Part shown: positions 30,351 through 40,470 of the stretch, piece after piece
Layout of the letters: every line of letters starts with the position of its first letter
Position numbering within the stretch: position 1 is the stretch's first letter
From: Nostoc sp.
GTDB lineage: Bacteria > Cyanobacteriota > Cyanobacteriia > Cyanobacteriales > Nostocaceae
Direction of reading: 5' to 3'
Length of the DNA stretch: 64,000 bases
NCBI GenBank assembly: GCA_036918135.1
Contig: JBALDB010000009.1
Location: forward strand, 64,001 to 128,000
Notes under the pieces: model-generated
Databases searched by the model: none
What the model saw: the letters and a program-made list of their open reading frames with translations, nothing else
What the model was told of the DNA's origin: nothing
Made by a program: the position numbers and the translations under genes

Positions 30351-30953
30351 TTAAGCTGTTAATATTTGCTCTGCTGTCAGCGCCAGTTCAGGAAAAGTTT
30401 GCGACACAATTCGTTCGGAACCTTTAAAGTGTGTGCGTTGGTATTTACCCTGAGCATCTAGTAGAAAAACAAACACAGTCGCAACTTTAGGATTTCCTAA
30501 ATACTCTCTTGAACCAATTGCCAAATAATCTACAATCCAATATTCTGTAATACCTAAGCGTTGATATTCATCTAATTTATCAATGTAGTCATCTTCCCAA
30601 TTAGTTGATGTCACCTTTATAGCCAACTGGATAGGTTCTTCAAGTGCAGAATAAGCAGAACGATTTGAGCGCCATACATCTTTATCTATTACACTAACAT
30701 CAGGCTTACGCCCTTGCTCTATTCCATTAGCAGTGATAGTTCTCAAAACTCCTGTGTTATTGACTACATAATTTAGGTTTAGTCGTCTAATTTCATCATT
30801 GAAACCAAACAATATAAAATTAGCGACATCATCATGATTTCTAGTTGCACGCACTTCTACAATTTCTCCATCCACAAGTTCATATAAACCTGACTCTGGA
30901 CACTGTTCCAAAAAATCATCAAAAGTTAATTTTTGTTTGGTGTATGTTTTCAT
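30351..30953 (-). CDS. Uma2-family endonuclease-fold protein
   Basis: LTFDDFL, YELVDGEI, RKPDV, KLDEYQRLGITEYWIVD. The usual EVxS reads KVTS. Confidence 0.9.
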   Translation of the reverse strand: MKTYTKQKLTFDDFLEQCPESGLYELVDGEIVEVRATRNHDDVANFILFGFNDEIRRLNLNYVVNNTGVLRTITANGIEQGRKPDVSVIDKDVWRSNRSAYSALEEPIQLAIKVTSTNWEDDYIDKLDEYQRLGITEYWIVDYLAIGSREYLGNPKVATVFVFLLDAQGKYQRTHFKGSERIVSQTFPELALTAEQILTA

Positions 30954-30967
30954 AGTGCTACGTCTTT

Positions 30968-31918
30968 TTAAACTTTCTGAATAAACCGACGACCTAGCAA
31001 ACCTTGGGGTCTAACTAACAACATGATAAATAATATTCCATAGGCTACAGCGTCTTTATAACCGGAATATTCCGCCGGCACAAAAGCTTCAACTAATCCA
31101 ATAACCAATCCTCCTAAAACTGCGCCGGGAATGCTACCCAAACCACCTAAGACAATTACTGCTAAACCCCTTAAACCAAAGGCAATGCCGAAATATGGCC
31201 CAGCAATACTAACACTAGAAGCGACTAAAGTTCCTGCTAATCCTGCTAAAAAACTGCTGATAAAGAATGTTAAGATAATAAAGCGATCGCTATTAATTCC
31301 TAATAAACTAGCAGTTGTGGCATCCTCGGCGATCGCTTGTATTGCTTTACCATATTTTGTCCGATTGATAAAATAGCTGAGAATTGCCACAATCGCTACT
31401 GATACAGCAAAAATTACTATCTGAACGGTGCGAATGGGAATTTCTTTGTCTTCAGTACCAAAGTTAATAGAAGGTGGTAAATTACCATAAGTATTTGCTG
31501 GGTAAGTGTAACTTTCCGCCCCCACTAAATACTGAATTAAATTTACAATCACCACTGCCACTCCCAAGCTAGAAACAACAGTTAGTAAAGGGTCAGATCC
31601 TTGACGCCGTAGAGGTTGAAAAGCAACCCGTTCCATCACTACCCCTACCAATCCCGCTAAGCTACTTCCTAAAATCAAAGCTATAGCAAATGGTAATTTT
31701 ATCGGCAAGGCTGCATTAGCTAATAAGCCGTTAAATCCAAAGTTACCACCCATGAGTGTATAAGTGAAATATGCACCTAACGTAAAAATTGCCCCATGAG
31801 CTAAATTAATAATGCCTAAAATAGAATAAACCAAGGTATATCCTAAGGCAAAAATTGCATAAACACTGCCAATGGATAAACCATTTAATAATTGCTGTAA
31901 AAATAGACTGATATTCAT
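30968..31918 (-). CDS. livH: Branched-chain amino acid ABC permease
   Basis: NGLSIGSVYAIFALGYTLVYSILGIINLAHG, VLGGLGSIPGA, RPQGLLG. Confidence 0.95.
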   Translation of the reverse strand: MNISLFLQQLLNGLSIGSVYAIFALGYTLVYSILGIINLAHGAIFTLGAYFTYTLMGGNFGFNGLLANAALPIKLPFAIALILGSSLAGLVGVVMERVAFQPLRRQGSDPLLTVVSSLGVAVVIVNLIQYLVGAESYTYPANTYGNLPPSINFGTEDKEIPIRTVQIVIFAVSVAIVAILSYFINRTKYGKAIQAIAEDATTASLLGINSDRFIILTFFISSFLAGLAGTLVASSVSIAGPYFGIAFGLRGLAVIVLGGLGSIPGAVLGGLVIGLVEAFVPAEYSGYKDAVAYGILFIMLLVRPQGLLGRRFIQKV

Positions 31919-31925
31919 CTAGCAA

Positions 31926-33185
31926 CTATTTTAAAAATGTAAATTTACCTTGACTTCCGTCTTTTTCCATTTTAATTTGAGCTACATAGAAATCTTTTTG
32001 TATAACTTCACCCACTGGAGTAAAACCAATTTCACCCAGAGGTGTATTGTATGTTCCGCTAAGTATCTGTTTATTTAATTGAGTACGTAATTCTGGTAGT
32101 TGTAACTTATTAACTTTAGTGTTTTTATCTAAAGCTTGCAGTGCTTCGACATAAACTTGTACTGCTGCAAAAGCTTGGGCACTAAATTGAGGTGGTTCTT
32201 TTTTATATTCCTCAGTATAGGCTTTACGAAATGCCGTGTTAATTTCTCCTGGATATTCTGGACTATAAGCTTGAGCAATCAATACACCATCACAAAGTGC
32301 CTTACAAACTGGCAATATATTCGATGTATTTAAACCATTCCCACCAACAATTAAACCTTTATAACCCAATTCGCGCAATTGTCGCACCAAATTACCACCA
32401 TCAGCAGCCAAACCAGAAATAATTACCAAATCTGGTTTGAGATTAATCGCATTAGTAGCTTGGCTTTGAAAATCTGTATCACTGGTTTGAAACTTTTGGA
32501 CTGTTACTACTTCCAGTCCTTGATCCTTAACTGTTTGCTGGAAAATCTCCGTTTCTGACTTGCTAAATGCATCATTTTGAGCATAGAAAACTGCAACTTT
32601 CTTAATTTGGGGGTTTTGCTTGAGTGCAGCTTTCACTGAATTAGGAGCGACAACGGAAACTGGTGCAGAAACACGAGCCACATAATCACCAATTTCCGGA
32701 ATATTTTTTGCAGTATTTGATGGGCCAATAATTGGTACTTTCGCACGGTCGGCAATCGGATCGGCACTAAAGGCTTGCTGTGATAAAGTTGGGCCAACAA
32801 TCCCAATAACTTTATCTTTATTAATTAAAGTTTGAACAGCGTTAATTGCTCCTGCTTCATCACCACTAGTATCTTGAAACACTAATTTAATTGGAGTACC
32901 GTTGACTCCACCTTTAGCATTAAAATACTTCTCAGCAATTTTGACTCCAGCCACTTCTTCTTGACCCAATAATGCCACATTGCTAGTTTGGGCAACGGCA
33001 ATACCGATGGGAATCGCACCTGATAATGTACCTGTGGTTGCTGCGGTGTTAGTTGCAGTGTTATTCGTAGTACTATCTGAACCGTTACTTGGAGAATTTG
33101 TCACAGTAGTAGTACCACCGCAGCCTGTGAGTAGTAAAGTACAACTTGATAATAATGCTGTTATCTTAGAGAAAGTTTTTTTCAT
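31926..33185 (-). CDS. livK: Branched-chain amino acid ABC substrate-binding lipoprotein
   Basis: Lipobox LTGC, GGVNGTPIKLVFQD, type I periplasmic binding fold motifs. Confidence 0.9.
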   Translation of the reverse strand: MKKTFSKITALLSSCTLLLTGCGGTTTVTNSPSNGSDSTTNNTATNTAATTGTLSGAIPIGIAVAQTSNVALLGQEEVAGVKIAEKYFNAKGGVNGTPIKLVFQDTSGDEAGAINAVQTLINKDKVIGIVGPTLSQQAFSADPIADRAKVPIIGPSNTAKNIPEIGDYVARVSAPVSVVAPNSVKAALKQNPQIKKVAVFYAQNDAFSKSETEIFQQTVKDQGLEVVTVQKFQTSDTDFQSQATNAINLKPDLVIISGLAADGGNLVRQLRELGYKGLIVGGNGLNTSNILPVCKALCDGVLIAQAYSPEYPGEINTAFRKAYTEEYKKEPPQFSAQAFAAVQVYVEALQALDKNTKVNKLQLPELRTQLNKQILSGTYNTPLGEIGFTPVGEVIQKDFYVAQIKMEKDGSQGKFTFLK

Positions 33186-33528
33186 CGTTAAATAATCATC
33201 TAGTTATTAGATAGTTTGCAAAAGCTAAAGGTAAAGGTTACAATCTGCGAACAAGATCGGGCAAATTTACACTTTTGCAAGAATTAGAGCAGAATTGGCA
33301 AGTAAAACAGGCTTGATGTCTAGCTACCAAAGCCAAGTTGTGTACCTCATCATGTTGAAATCTGCTGTATATTAAATCATTTTTATTTGACCATACAAAG
33401 ACAAATATTCAAAGTGTTTGTAAATACAAATTATTATAGTAGGCAATGATTTTATCATTCCCAGGTTCAACCACCAAATGTGGTACTAATATTATGATGA
33501 TTCTTTAATTATTCTGACTTCTGAATTC

Positions 33529-33864
33529 TTACAGACTATCAAGCTTTTTTTCATTACCAGAGAATTCTTTTGGCTGGTAGTGACGACAACCGTTACACGG
33601 CCCGTTAGGATTTACAGCACAGCGGATGTAGCCGGATCGGGCATTAAATTTGCAGCTGATGTCGCCAATCAGGTAACCCACCCCTTCTAAATAATAGCGA
33701 TCGCCTTCAGCCGATCTGAAGTTTTGCGCTTCCCGCACTCGAGGAAAATTCATCGCTGCTTGCCTCATTCGTAAGCGCGATCGCGATCGGGTTTTGCGGA
33801 TTACCCACAATGAAAATAGGGACGGTAAAAAACCAACGGCAATCACTAAAAGTGTCTTTAACAC
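33529..33864 (-). CDS. DUF6464-family cyanobacterial protein
   Basis: IGDISCKFNARSGYIRCAVNPNGPCNGCRHY. Confidence 0.8.
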   Translation of the reverse strand: MLKTLLVIAVGFLPSLFSLWVIRKTRSRSRLRMRQAAMNFPRVREAQNFRSAEGDRYYLEGVGYLIGDISCKFNARSGYIRCAVNPNGPCNGCRHYQPKEFSGNEKKLDSL

Positions 33865-34103
33865 CTTCTTTTAACCCCTTTTGAGCGCTGATTCATCGTC
33901 CCTGAAGTTGCACTTTGATTTTACACAAGTGCAAATCTGGGGGCAGATGTGCCTTTTGCCACCAATTGTGGTTGCAATTAGCAATTGTCTTGTGGTAACT
34001 AGCAATTTTGAGAATATATTCCTTCTACCACTTCAATCAGCATAACTGTTACAACCTCAGAGGTGGGTTACCTTTAAATGGCGATCGCTTTAAGATTTGT
34101 TGA

Positions 34104-34595
34104 CTAATATTTTTTGAAGAATCGTTTTGTGTTGGTATTAGCCCTATCCTTGTTTTTTCTATGTCGCTGCGATGCTAATCTTTTTTTGGTTTGCTGACGC
34201 AACTGCTGTGCTAGCAGTGCTGCTTCCCTTTCTGCTCGGAATAAATCAACTCTTCGTGTTGTCAAAATAAAAGACTGGTCTGATTTTTTTCTTACCCAAG
34301 GGACGCTAACTGCTAAATACTGACAGATATTTTTGCATGGTTTCGGCTTGATGAGTGGGTAACGTTTTTGAGTATTGAACGTGTTAGCGATCGCTTTCAA
34401 CTCCAGTATCGCTGCTTCTAACTCTCCTGCCATCCGGTTGACGCGCTCAACTTGCGCGATTAAACGCTCCCGTTCGCTGATAATTTTTTCCTCTTGCAGT
34501 TGCAGTGGCACTATGGCAGTAGTTACAGGTGTCGGCTGTAACAGTGAAACATTGACTGGAATAGGCTGTTTGTAGCTGTCTGGGATTTTTTTCAT
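34104..34595 (-). CDS. Hypothetical basic coiled-coil protein
   Basis: 163-aa ORF with GAGG RBS. Confidence 0.65.
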   Translation of the reverse strand: MKKIPDSYKQPIPVNVSLLQPTPVTTAIVPLQLQEEKIISERERLIAQVERVNRMAGELEAAILELKAIANTFNTQKRYPLIKPKPCKNICQYLAVSVPWVRKKSDQSFILTTRRVDLFRAEREAALLAQQLRQQTKKRLASQRHRKNKDRANTNTKRFFKKY

Positions 34596-34642
34596 ACTAC
34601 CTCAAGTAAGGCTAGCTGACTTGTAAGGCATTTTAGCACCAG

Positions 34643-34662
34643 TATAGTAAATTTGTACTATA
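34643..34662. promoter_or_regulatory. Palindromic operator, LexA-box-like, beside an extended -10
   Basis: TATAGTAAATTTGTACTATA. Minus strand reads AGTACAAATTTACT followed by TGCTAAAAT. Confidence 0.45.
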
Positions 34663-34828
34663 ATTTTTGAATATGAGGCTTAATCTGGAGAAGAAAACCA
34701 GTAATTATCTCCACCTCCAAAATGGAGAACCTTAGAGCTAGCCTATGCTAGTTCAAGTTGAAAAAGGTAAATTTAGGAATATTAGATAGAGTAGCCCAAA
34801 GTTCTTGCCAACAATTGTGAAAATTGAA

Positions 34829-34857
34829 ATCCCCGACTTATTCAATAAGTCGGGGAT
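34829..34857. repeat. REP-like palindrome
   Basis: ATCCCCGACTTAT-TCA-ATAAGTCGGGGAT; same family as 3155-3187. Confidence 0.8.
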
Positions 34858-35094
34858 CTAGGTAGTAATTTCTGTTTAAGGTCTTATATATTATGTTTAG
34901 TTAATTAAACCTAATAAAACCACGGATTCTCGGTATTGGGTTATACTATTTTGCATAAAATAATTGTACTATCTACAGATATATGTTGAGCTTCGTGGCT
35001 CAATGCAACACTTAATATCTTGTATAGGTTGGGTTTCACTTTGTACCCCTACGGGCAAGCAACAAGCCAACCTACGCACCTAATTTTCAATTAA

Positions 35095-35310
35095 TTAAGC
35101 ATTGCCACCTCGGTAATTAGCATCTAACCAACAGCGTGGTAAATCTTCACCAGAAGGAAAAACGAGATTTTCTTTTTTATAAGAATCAGGTTGCTGTTCT
35201 TCTTCACCTTGTTGTTCTCGTGCCTGAACAACATCATTATTAGGGTCGATTAATTCTTGAATTTCGAGAATTTTTACTAATTCGCCGCTGTCTTTAAGTT
35301 GTAAAAGCAT
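35095..35310 (-). CDS. Small conserved protein (often auto-annotated acetyltransferase)
   Basis: GEEEQQPD...LVFPSGEDLPRCWLDANYR motif. Confidence 0.8.
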   Translation of the reverse strand: MLLQLKDSGELVKILEIQELIDPNNDVVQAREQQGEEEQQPDSYKKENLVFPSGEDLPRCWLDANYRGGNA

Positions 35311-35442
35311 ACAATTAGCCTCAGTAAGTTTATATGAAAATTTATAGCGAGTCTCAATATCAACTCGCTCAAGTTACAGAATTTATTTGGAATTCTGACT
35401 TTTGAATTCTGTTTTTCTCAAATAGAATTTTGGTTTTAGCGA

Positions 35443-35751
35443 TTAAATTTCGCGTTGAAATTTTTCCAAAATATCTACTAAGTTAACTTGGCATTGGACT
35501 GGGAGAAAATCAATTAAAGGAAGTTCGCGTTTGCCGCCGCCAATTTTTACTGAAATAGATGACAAAACTTGTGTAACTCGGTCTTCATTTACAGTATTGG
35601 AAGTAATTAAAGGATATAGTTGCTCAGCGACAAGTGTATGCAGTTTGGCATTAGATAAATAAAGATGCCATTTAGCAACGTCTATATAGACGTTTTCACC
35701 AATTTCAGCTGCTAGGGCTTCGAGTAGTTCTGCGGTGTTAGTTTTAGCCAT
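35443..35751 (-). CDS. DUF3181-family protein
   Basis: LAAEIGENVYIDVAKWHLYLSNAKL...VKIGGGK. Confidence 0.85.
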   Translation of the reverse strand: MAKTNTAELLEALAAEIGENVYIDVAKWHLYLSNAKLHTLVAEQLYPLITSNTVNEDRVTQVLSSISVKIGGGKRELPLIDFLPVQCQVNLVDILEKFQREI

Positions 35752-35871
35752 AAAAATAACCCTAAATTGAGAAAGAGCGCGAAATTTCAGGCTTATTTGG
35801 ATTATTGCTCAATTAATAAAGCTAATTCTACTGCCACAGGTTACAATCGCCCCAGTATCAGCAGTCCATCT

Positions 35872-36129
35872 TCAGGTGGATTTGGGTGGTGTTTCAGTGT
35901 AGTTGGCGATCGCAGCAATATAAATTAGATGTACCAACAATATTACTAGCCAACTCACAGTCAGCCAGGGCAGCCACTCCCAACTAGTGCCTTTGAAGTT
36001 GTGGAAGAACCACAATCCAGAATTAATAGTAGCAGCAATCGCTACATGCATGGCAAAATTCATCCGGTCATCTAATTTGCGGTACTCTGGGTCTTTGCGA
36101 TCGGGTTTGCGAGGCCAACGAGGAGGCAT
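35872..36129 (-). CDS. 2TM-domain protein
   Basis: MPPRWPRKPDRKDPEYRKLDDRMNFAMHV, two TM helices. Confidence 0.85.
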   Translation of the reverse strand: MPPRWPRKPDRKDPEYRKLDDRMNFAMHVAIAATINSGLWFFHNFKGTSWEWLPWLTVSWLVILLVHLIYIAAIANYTETPPKST

Positions 36130-36202
36130 AAATATTTGTTACAGATATTAAATACACCCTACTTATTCTAAGGTTTTTGGGAGTGCGATCGCTATTGGAG
36201 AG

Positions 36203-36399
36203 GTAGGGAGATGGGGGAGTGTGGGGTGTGTAGGGAGATGGGGGAGTGTGGGGTGTGTAGGGAGATGGGGGAGTGTGGGGAGAGAGGGAGGCAAGATTTC
36301 TTCCCCATCCTCCCACACCTCCTTTTCCTCCTACACCTCCTTTTCCTCCCACACCTGCATTTCTTCCGCTTCCTCCTGCACCTCCCCATCTCCCCATAC
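36203..36399. repeat. G-rich/C-rich nonamer repeat element, copy 1
   Basis: 27-mer GTAGGGAGATGGGGGAGTGTGGGGTGT about x3, core GGCAAGATTT, then a C-rich arm. Confidence 0.85.
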
Positions 36400-36609
36400 A
36401 TGAATCAACCTAGTGGATAGGTAAACCCAGTTGAAATCCAAAAACACTTGAAAGGTGTTGACTATCCTGCAAAAAAGCAAGATTTAATTCAACACGCTAA
36501 AAAGCAAGGAGCAGATCGGCAAATTATCTCTTTGTTAGAAAAAGTGCCAGAAGACAAAGAGTTTGAAAGTCCAACGGCTCTGAATAAAGCTTTAAGCGAG
36601 ATAGTGTAG
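36400..36609 (+). pseudogene. DUF2795-family small protein with disrupted 5' end
   Basis: MNQPSG-TAG-VNPVEIQKHLKGVDYPAKKQDLIQHAKKQGAD...FESPTALNKAL. Not in the ORF track. Confidence 0.75.
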
Positions 36610-36610
36610 G

Positions 36611-37120
36611 TTATTGCTCTGACAGGGAATAATCTCCTGATTTCCCGCCACTTTTACTGATTAAGCGAATTGATTCTATTTGAATCGACTTTTCTAATGC
36701 TTTAGCCATATCGTATAAAGTTAAAGCTGCAACAGAAACGGCAGTTAGAGCCTCCATCTCTACGCCAGTTTCAGCTTTGGTTTTGACTGTGGCTTGAATT
36801 TCATAACCAGGTAGTTGGGGATCGGGAATTACCTCGATCGCAATTTTTTGTAAAGGTAAGGGATGACATAGAGGAATTAAAGCAGCTGTTTGCTTGGCTG
36901 CCATAATCCCAGCTAACCTCACAGTTCCCAATACATCACCTTTTGGAACATTTCCGGCTTGAATTGCGGCGAAGGTTGCTGGGAGCATCCGCACCTTGGC
37001 AGCGGCTACTGCTTGGCGCACAGTCGATACTTTGTCGGATACATCCACCATCTGTGCTTGTCCTTGGTAATCTAGATGGGTTAGGTTACCAGAATTAGAT
37101 AGAAAATTATCTTGCGTCAT
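36611..37120 (-). CDS. moaC: Cyclic pyranopterin monophosphate synthase
   Basis: [35 protein letters not shown]. Confidence 0.97.
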   Translation of the reverse strand: MTQDNFLSNSGNLTHLDYQGQAQMVDVSDKVSTVRQAVAAAKVRMLPATFAAIQAGNVPKGDVLGTVRLAGIMAAKQTAALIPLCHPLPLQKIAIEVIPDPQLPGYEIQATVKTKAETGVEMEALTAVSVAALTLYDMAKALEKSIQIESIRLISKSGGKSGDYSLSEQ

Positions 37121-37154
37121 TTAGTGAGAAAGTGTTAATATAGTTTCTTGTCAA

Positions 37155-37228
37155 GGGCGTGTAGCTCAGTGGACTAGAGCACGTGGCTACGGACCACGGT
37201 GTCGGGGGTTCGAATCCCTCCTCGCCCG
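37155..37228 (+). tRNA. tRNA-Arg (ACG), CCA not encoded
   Basis: Cloverleaf GGGCGTGTAGCTCAGTGG...CGTGG-CTACGGA-CCACG...GGTTCGAATCC...CGCCCG. Confidence 0.97.
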
Positions 37229-37362
37229 TTTTGTAAAGTTATGAGCGACCACAATTAAAACTTTTAACCGTTAATTTGGGGAACTCGAAGAAATAAATTT
37301 TCCTGTTTCAAGTTGGTAACTGATGACTGACAACAGTGAAATATTTTTTATTTGTGAGTATC

Positions 37363-38595
37363 TTATAACTTATTCAAGGCGTAAGTATCTGGGGCACGAC
37401 CCAAGGCAAAGCGCAAGGACTGAGATAAATCTTTGCTGGACTTGGTGAAGAAAATCATAAGTGCTACAAAAGTAATGGCAGCACCATAGCCAAACATACT
37501 GCGATAACCGACTTGTTCGGCAATAGAACCCAAAATAGGAGCAGCGATCGCAATCCCCAAGTCAAATCCAGTTACGCAGATAGCAAAAATTCGCCCCCGT
37601 TCTTGTGGCAGCGAACGGTCTGCCATCATAGTCACAATCATCGATATAACTGTACCACTACCACTACCTTCAAAAATCGCTGCTAGTAAAAAACTACTTA
37701 CATTATTAGCCTGCCACAGTAGCAGCAATGCCAAAACATAACAAATTATACCAAAGGTGATAAACAAACCACGACCGAAGCGATCGCTTGCTTTACCAGC
37801 AAATACCCTGGTACTAAAACTAGAAATTGCCGCAATTGTAAAAAATAATCCACCATTAAAGTTTATCTGAGTTGATTTGATGAACAAAGACACAAAGGTA
37901 TGTACAGTACCCACAGACAAACCAACCAGTAACATAATTAAAGTTGGCACTCTCACCCGTGGGCTGTTGAGAATTTGCCAAAATTTGTGATTATTGTCTG
38001 GAGTTCGCTCCTGCGTCTGTAGTGGTGGATTGGTGACTTGGACAATTGCCAACAGAGCCACAAAACCCAACTCAGCAGAAAATAAAAATAACACTCCATA
38101 AGTAGTTGTAGCTTGTAAAAACCCTCCCAAGGCAGGGCCAACTGCTAAACCAATGGGAGTTGCAAGGCTCATGTAACTAATGACTTCACCACGTTTTTCG
38201 GATGGAGCCAAATCTGCGATTAAAGCACTGTAACCAGTAGTAAAAGCAGCGAGACTAATGCCATGAAAAATCCGTACCAGGATCAACTGCCCAATGCCTT
38301 GGGTTGCTAAGTAACCAAAAGGTGCGATCGCAGCTACTATCGTACCAATCAACAAGACAAGTTTTCGACCACGTTCATCGGCCAATCGTCCCAACATCGG
38401 CCGAGTTAGCAATAAACCAACGGCAAAACTACCTGTTACAATTCCAATTTGTTGCTTAGTCGCGCCAACATACTCAAGATAAAGCGGTAGAGTTGGTAAC
38501 AGCGAAGCCACACTCGACCAGAATAATAAACCTGCTGTGAATAGAATCAGCAGGTTGTACCGCAGTTCGGTGTCAAAGGCATTAAATACTTTCAA
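37363..38595 (-). CDS. MFS transporter
   Basis: Motif A GRLADERGRK and GKASDRFGRG, 12 TM. Confidence 0.93.
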   Translation of the reverse strand: MKVFNAFDTELRYNLLILFTAGLLFWSSVASLLPTLPLYLEYVGATKQQIGIVTGSFAVGLLLTRPMLGRLADERGRKLVLLIGTIVAAIAPFGYLATQGIGQLILVRIFHGISLAAFTTGYSALIADLAPSEKRGEVISYMSLATPIGLAVGPALGGFLQATTTYGVLFLFSAELGFVALLAIVQVTNPPLQTQERTPDNNHKFWQILNSPRVRVPTLIMLLVGLSVGTVHTFVSLFIKSTQINFNGGLFFTIAAISSFSTRVFAGKASDRFGRGLFITFGIICYVLALLLLWQANNVSSFLLAAIFEGSGSGTVISMIVTMMADRSLPQERGRIFAICVTGFDLGIAIAAPILGSIAEQVGYRSMFGYGAAITFVALMIFFTKSSKDLSQSLRFALGRAPDTYALNKL

Positions 38596-38658
38596 AGTAG
38601 ATGCGATTGAATGAGTTTTTTGTCATTTGTCGTTTGTCCTTTGTCATTTATTGCTCGT

Positions 38659-38683
38659 AACTAATGACTAATGACTAATGACT
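38659..38683. repeat. STRR heptamer (CTAATGA)x3
   Basis: ctaatgactaatgactaatgact. Confidence 0.8.
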
Positions 38684-38692
38684 ATTGTTACT

Positions 38693-39697
38693 TTAGTTAA
38701 CCTTTTTTGCTACCACCTCTCGCACACGATAGATAGGCCGTCCTTGGGATTCATGATATGTACGCATCAGCAACTCTGCTAAAAGACCAAAGCAAAACAA
38801 CTGTACTCCAGTGACTAACAGCAGAACTGCCAAAATTAGCAAAGGGCGATTGCCAATCATCTCACCCAAAGCTAATTTGATGAACGTCAAATAAATGCCG
38901 ATTAGCGTTCCCGAAACCATTGAAATCAAGCCCAACAACCCGAAAACATGCATTGGGCGGGTGAGGAACCTTTTCATAAACAAAATGGTTAATAAATCCA
39001 TCAACACCCGAAATGTACGCCAAATCCCATACTTACTACGACCAAAGCGGCGAGGATGATGACGCACGGGTATTTCGGTAATTCTTGCTCCTTCGATGTA
39101 CGCCAAAGTAGGTAAAAAGCGATGTAATTCTCCGTAGAGGTTCATATCTGCCAGTAGTTCTGCACGATAGGCTTTGAGAGAACAACCGTAGTCATGAATA
39201 TTCACACCAGTAGTACGGCGAATTAGCCAATTGGCAATTTTGGAAGGAAGTAAGCGATTTATAGCACCATCTTGGCGTTTTTGTCGCCAACCACTTACCA
39301 AATCGTAACCTTCATCCAGCTTTGCTAATAACATCGGAATATCAGCTGGGTCATTTTGCAAATCAGCATCCAAAGAGACGATCGCTTTACCTAATGCATA
39401 ATGAAATCCAGCAGCCATCGCCGCAGTTTGGCCGTAGTTGCGACGCAAAATCACAGCTTTTAAATTAGAACGTGCTTGCGCCTCTTGTTTAAGAAATTCC
39501 CCAGAACCATCTGTTGAACCATCATCCACACAAATGATTTCATAACTTATCTGACTCGAAGATAATGTAGATGCGATCGCTTCTAATAAAAGCGGCAAAC
39601 TTTCCACTTCGTTATGTATCGGCACCACTACCGAAACATCTGGGACAATTGCCGAAATCGCCTCATTCAACCCTTGATAAACCAACCCACTCCTCAT
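38693..39697 (-). CDS. GT2 glycosyltransferase (GtrB/ArnC-like)
   Basis: VDDGSTD, RRNYGQTAAM, LDADLQNDP, two C-terminal TM. Confidence 0.93.
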   Translation of the reverse strand: MRSGLVYQGLNEAISAIVPDVSVVVPIHNEVESLPLLLEAIASTLSSSQISYEIICVDDGSTDGSGEFLKQEAQARSNLKAVILRRNYGQTAAMAAGFHYALGKAIVSLDADLQNDPADIPMLLAKLDEGYDLVSGWRQKRQDGAINRLLPSKIANWLIRRTTGVNIHDYGCSLKAYRAELLADMNLYGELHRFLPTLAYIEGARITEIPVRHHPRRFGRSKYGIWRTFRVLMDLLTILFMKRFLTRPMHVFGLLGLISMVSGTLIGIYLTFIKLALGEMIGNRPLLILAVLLLVTGVQLFCFGLLAELLMRTYHESQGRPIYRVREVVAKKVN

Positions 39698-39732
39698 CTT
39701 CTTCTGCATCCTCAGTGTCTTGAGAGAAGTTC

Positions 39733-40461
39733 TCAACGGCCAAAGCCGCCGCTCTTAACTTCTGTTTGTGGTTCGTAACTCTTGATAACTCTACCAGCAC
39801 CTCGCAGCTGCTGAAAATATGACTGACTAACTGCATCTCCCTGTTCCGAGAGAACATCAATCCCAATCCCATTGCGTCCCTGTTCTTTTCCAGAACTGTG
39901 GATGTAATAACCATCCGCTAAATAAAGTCCCACATGGGTTGCTTTTTGGCTTGTTCCAAAAAATACTAGATCGCCAGCTGCTAATTCTGCCATCGTAATT
40001 GGTTGGGTGAATCCTTCCTGTTGATAAGCATCTCTTGGTAACCAAACACCCACCGAAGCAAAAGCCGCTTGCATTAACCCAGAACAATCATAATTTGGTG
40101 CTACTGTACCACCCCAAAGATAATAATTTGATTGTTGCATCGCTTTTTGAGTAAAAGCGATAACCTCTACGAGTAGTTTTTTAATTTCAGATTCAGAAAA
40201 TCTTGCAGCCTGATAAAGTACAGTAGCAGGTTGTAATAAACCCAAATCTGAAAAAGATGCCCATCCGGGATAGTCATCTTCACGCAAATACACCTCAACC
40301 GCCAAATCTCGATCGTTTGATGTTACCCATAAATGTCGCCCAGATGCGGCTTGAGTTGCTAAGCGCGTACACCCAGGAGAATCGTATAAGTTCAGGTTAG
40401 CTAGACACTGATACTCTGCTGATTTTAGATTTTGGATTTTGGATTTTAGATTAAAGGACAT
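39733..40461 (-). CDS. SH3b-NlpC/P60 (C40) peptidoglycan peptidase
   Basis: YLWGG, YDCSGL, LPRDAYQQ, GDLVFF, THVGLY. Start placed at ATG 40461. Confidence 0.93.
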   Translation of the reverse strand: MSFNLKSKIQNLKSAEYQCLANLNLYDSPGCTRLATQAASGRHLWVTSNDRDLAVEVYLREDDYPGWASFSDLGLLQPATVLYQAARFSESEIKKLLVEVIAFTQKAMQQSNYYLWGGTVAPNYDCSGLMQAAFASVGVWLPRDAYQQEGFTQPITMAELAAGDLVFFGTSQKATHVGLYLADGYYIHSSGKEQGRNGIGIDVLSEQGDAVSQSYFQQLRGAGRVIKSYEPQTEVKSGGFGR

Positions 40462-40470
40462 TATTGGAGA

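Noticed and set aside
36203..36280. CRISPR array (also considered for 58849-58956 and 784-822)
   Set aside because: Repeats are tandem with no unique spacers, and there are no cas genes.
36068..36420. Overlapping low-complexity ORFs here and at 56207-56455 and 57353-57673
   Set aside because: They are translations of the G/C nonamer repeats, open in several frames.
25872..36609. Amber-codon reassignment suggested by two in-frame TAGs
   Set aside because: petN, rpmH and purB end normally in TAG, so these are more likely nonsense mutations.
37155..37228. tRNA-anchored genomic island
   Set aside because: No integrase and no duplicated tRNA 3' end seen; flanks are ordinary genes.
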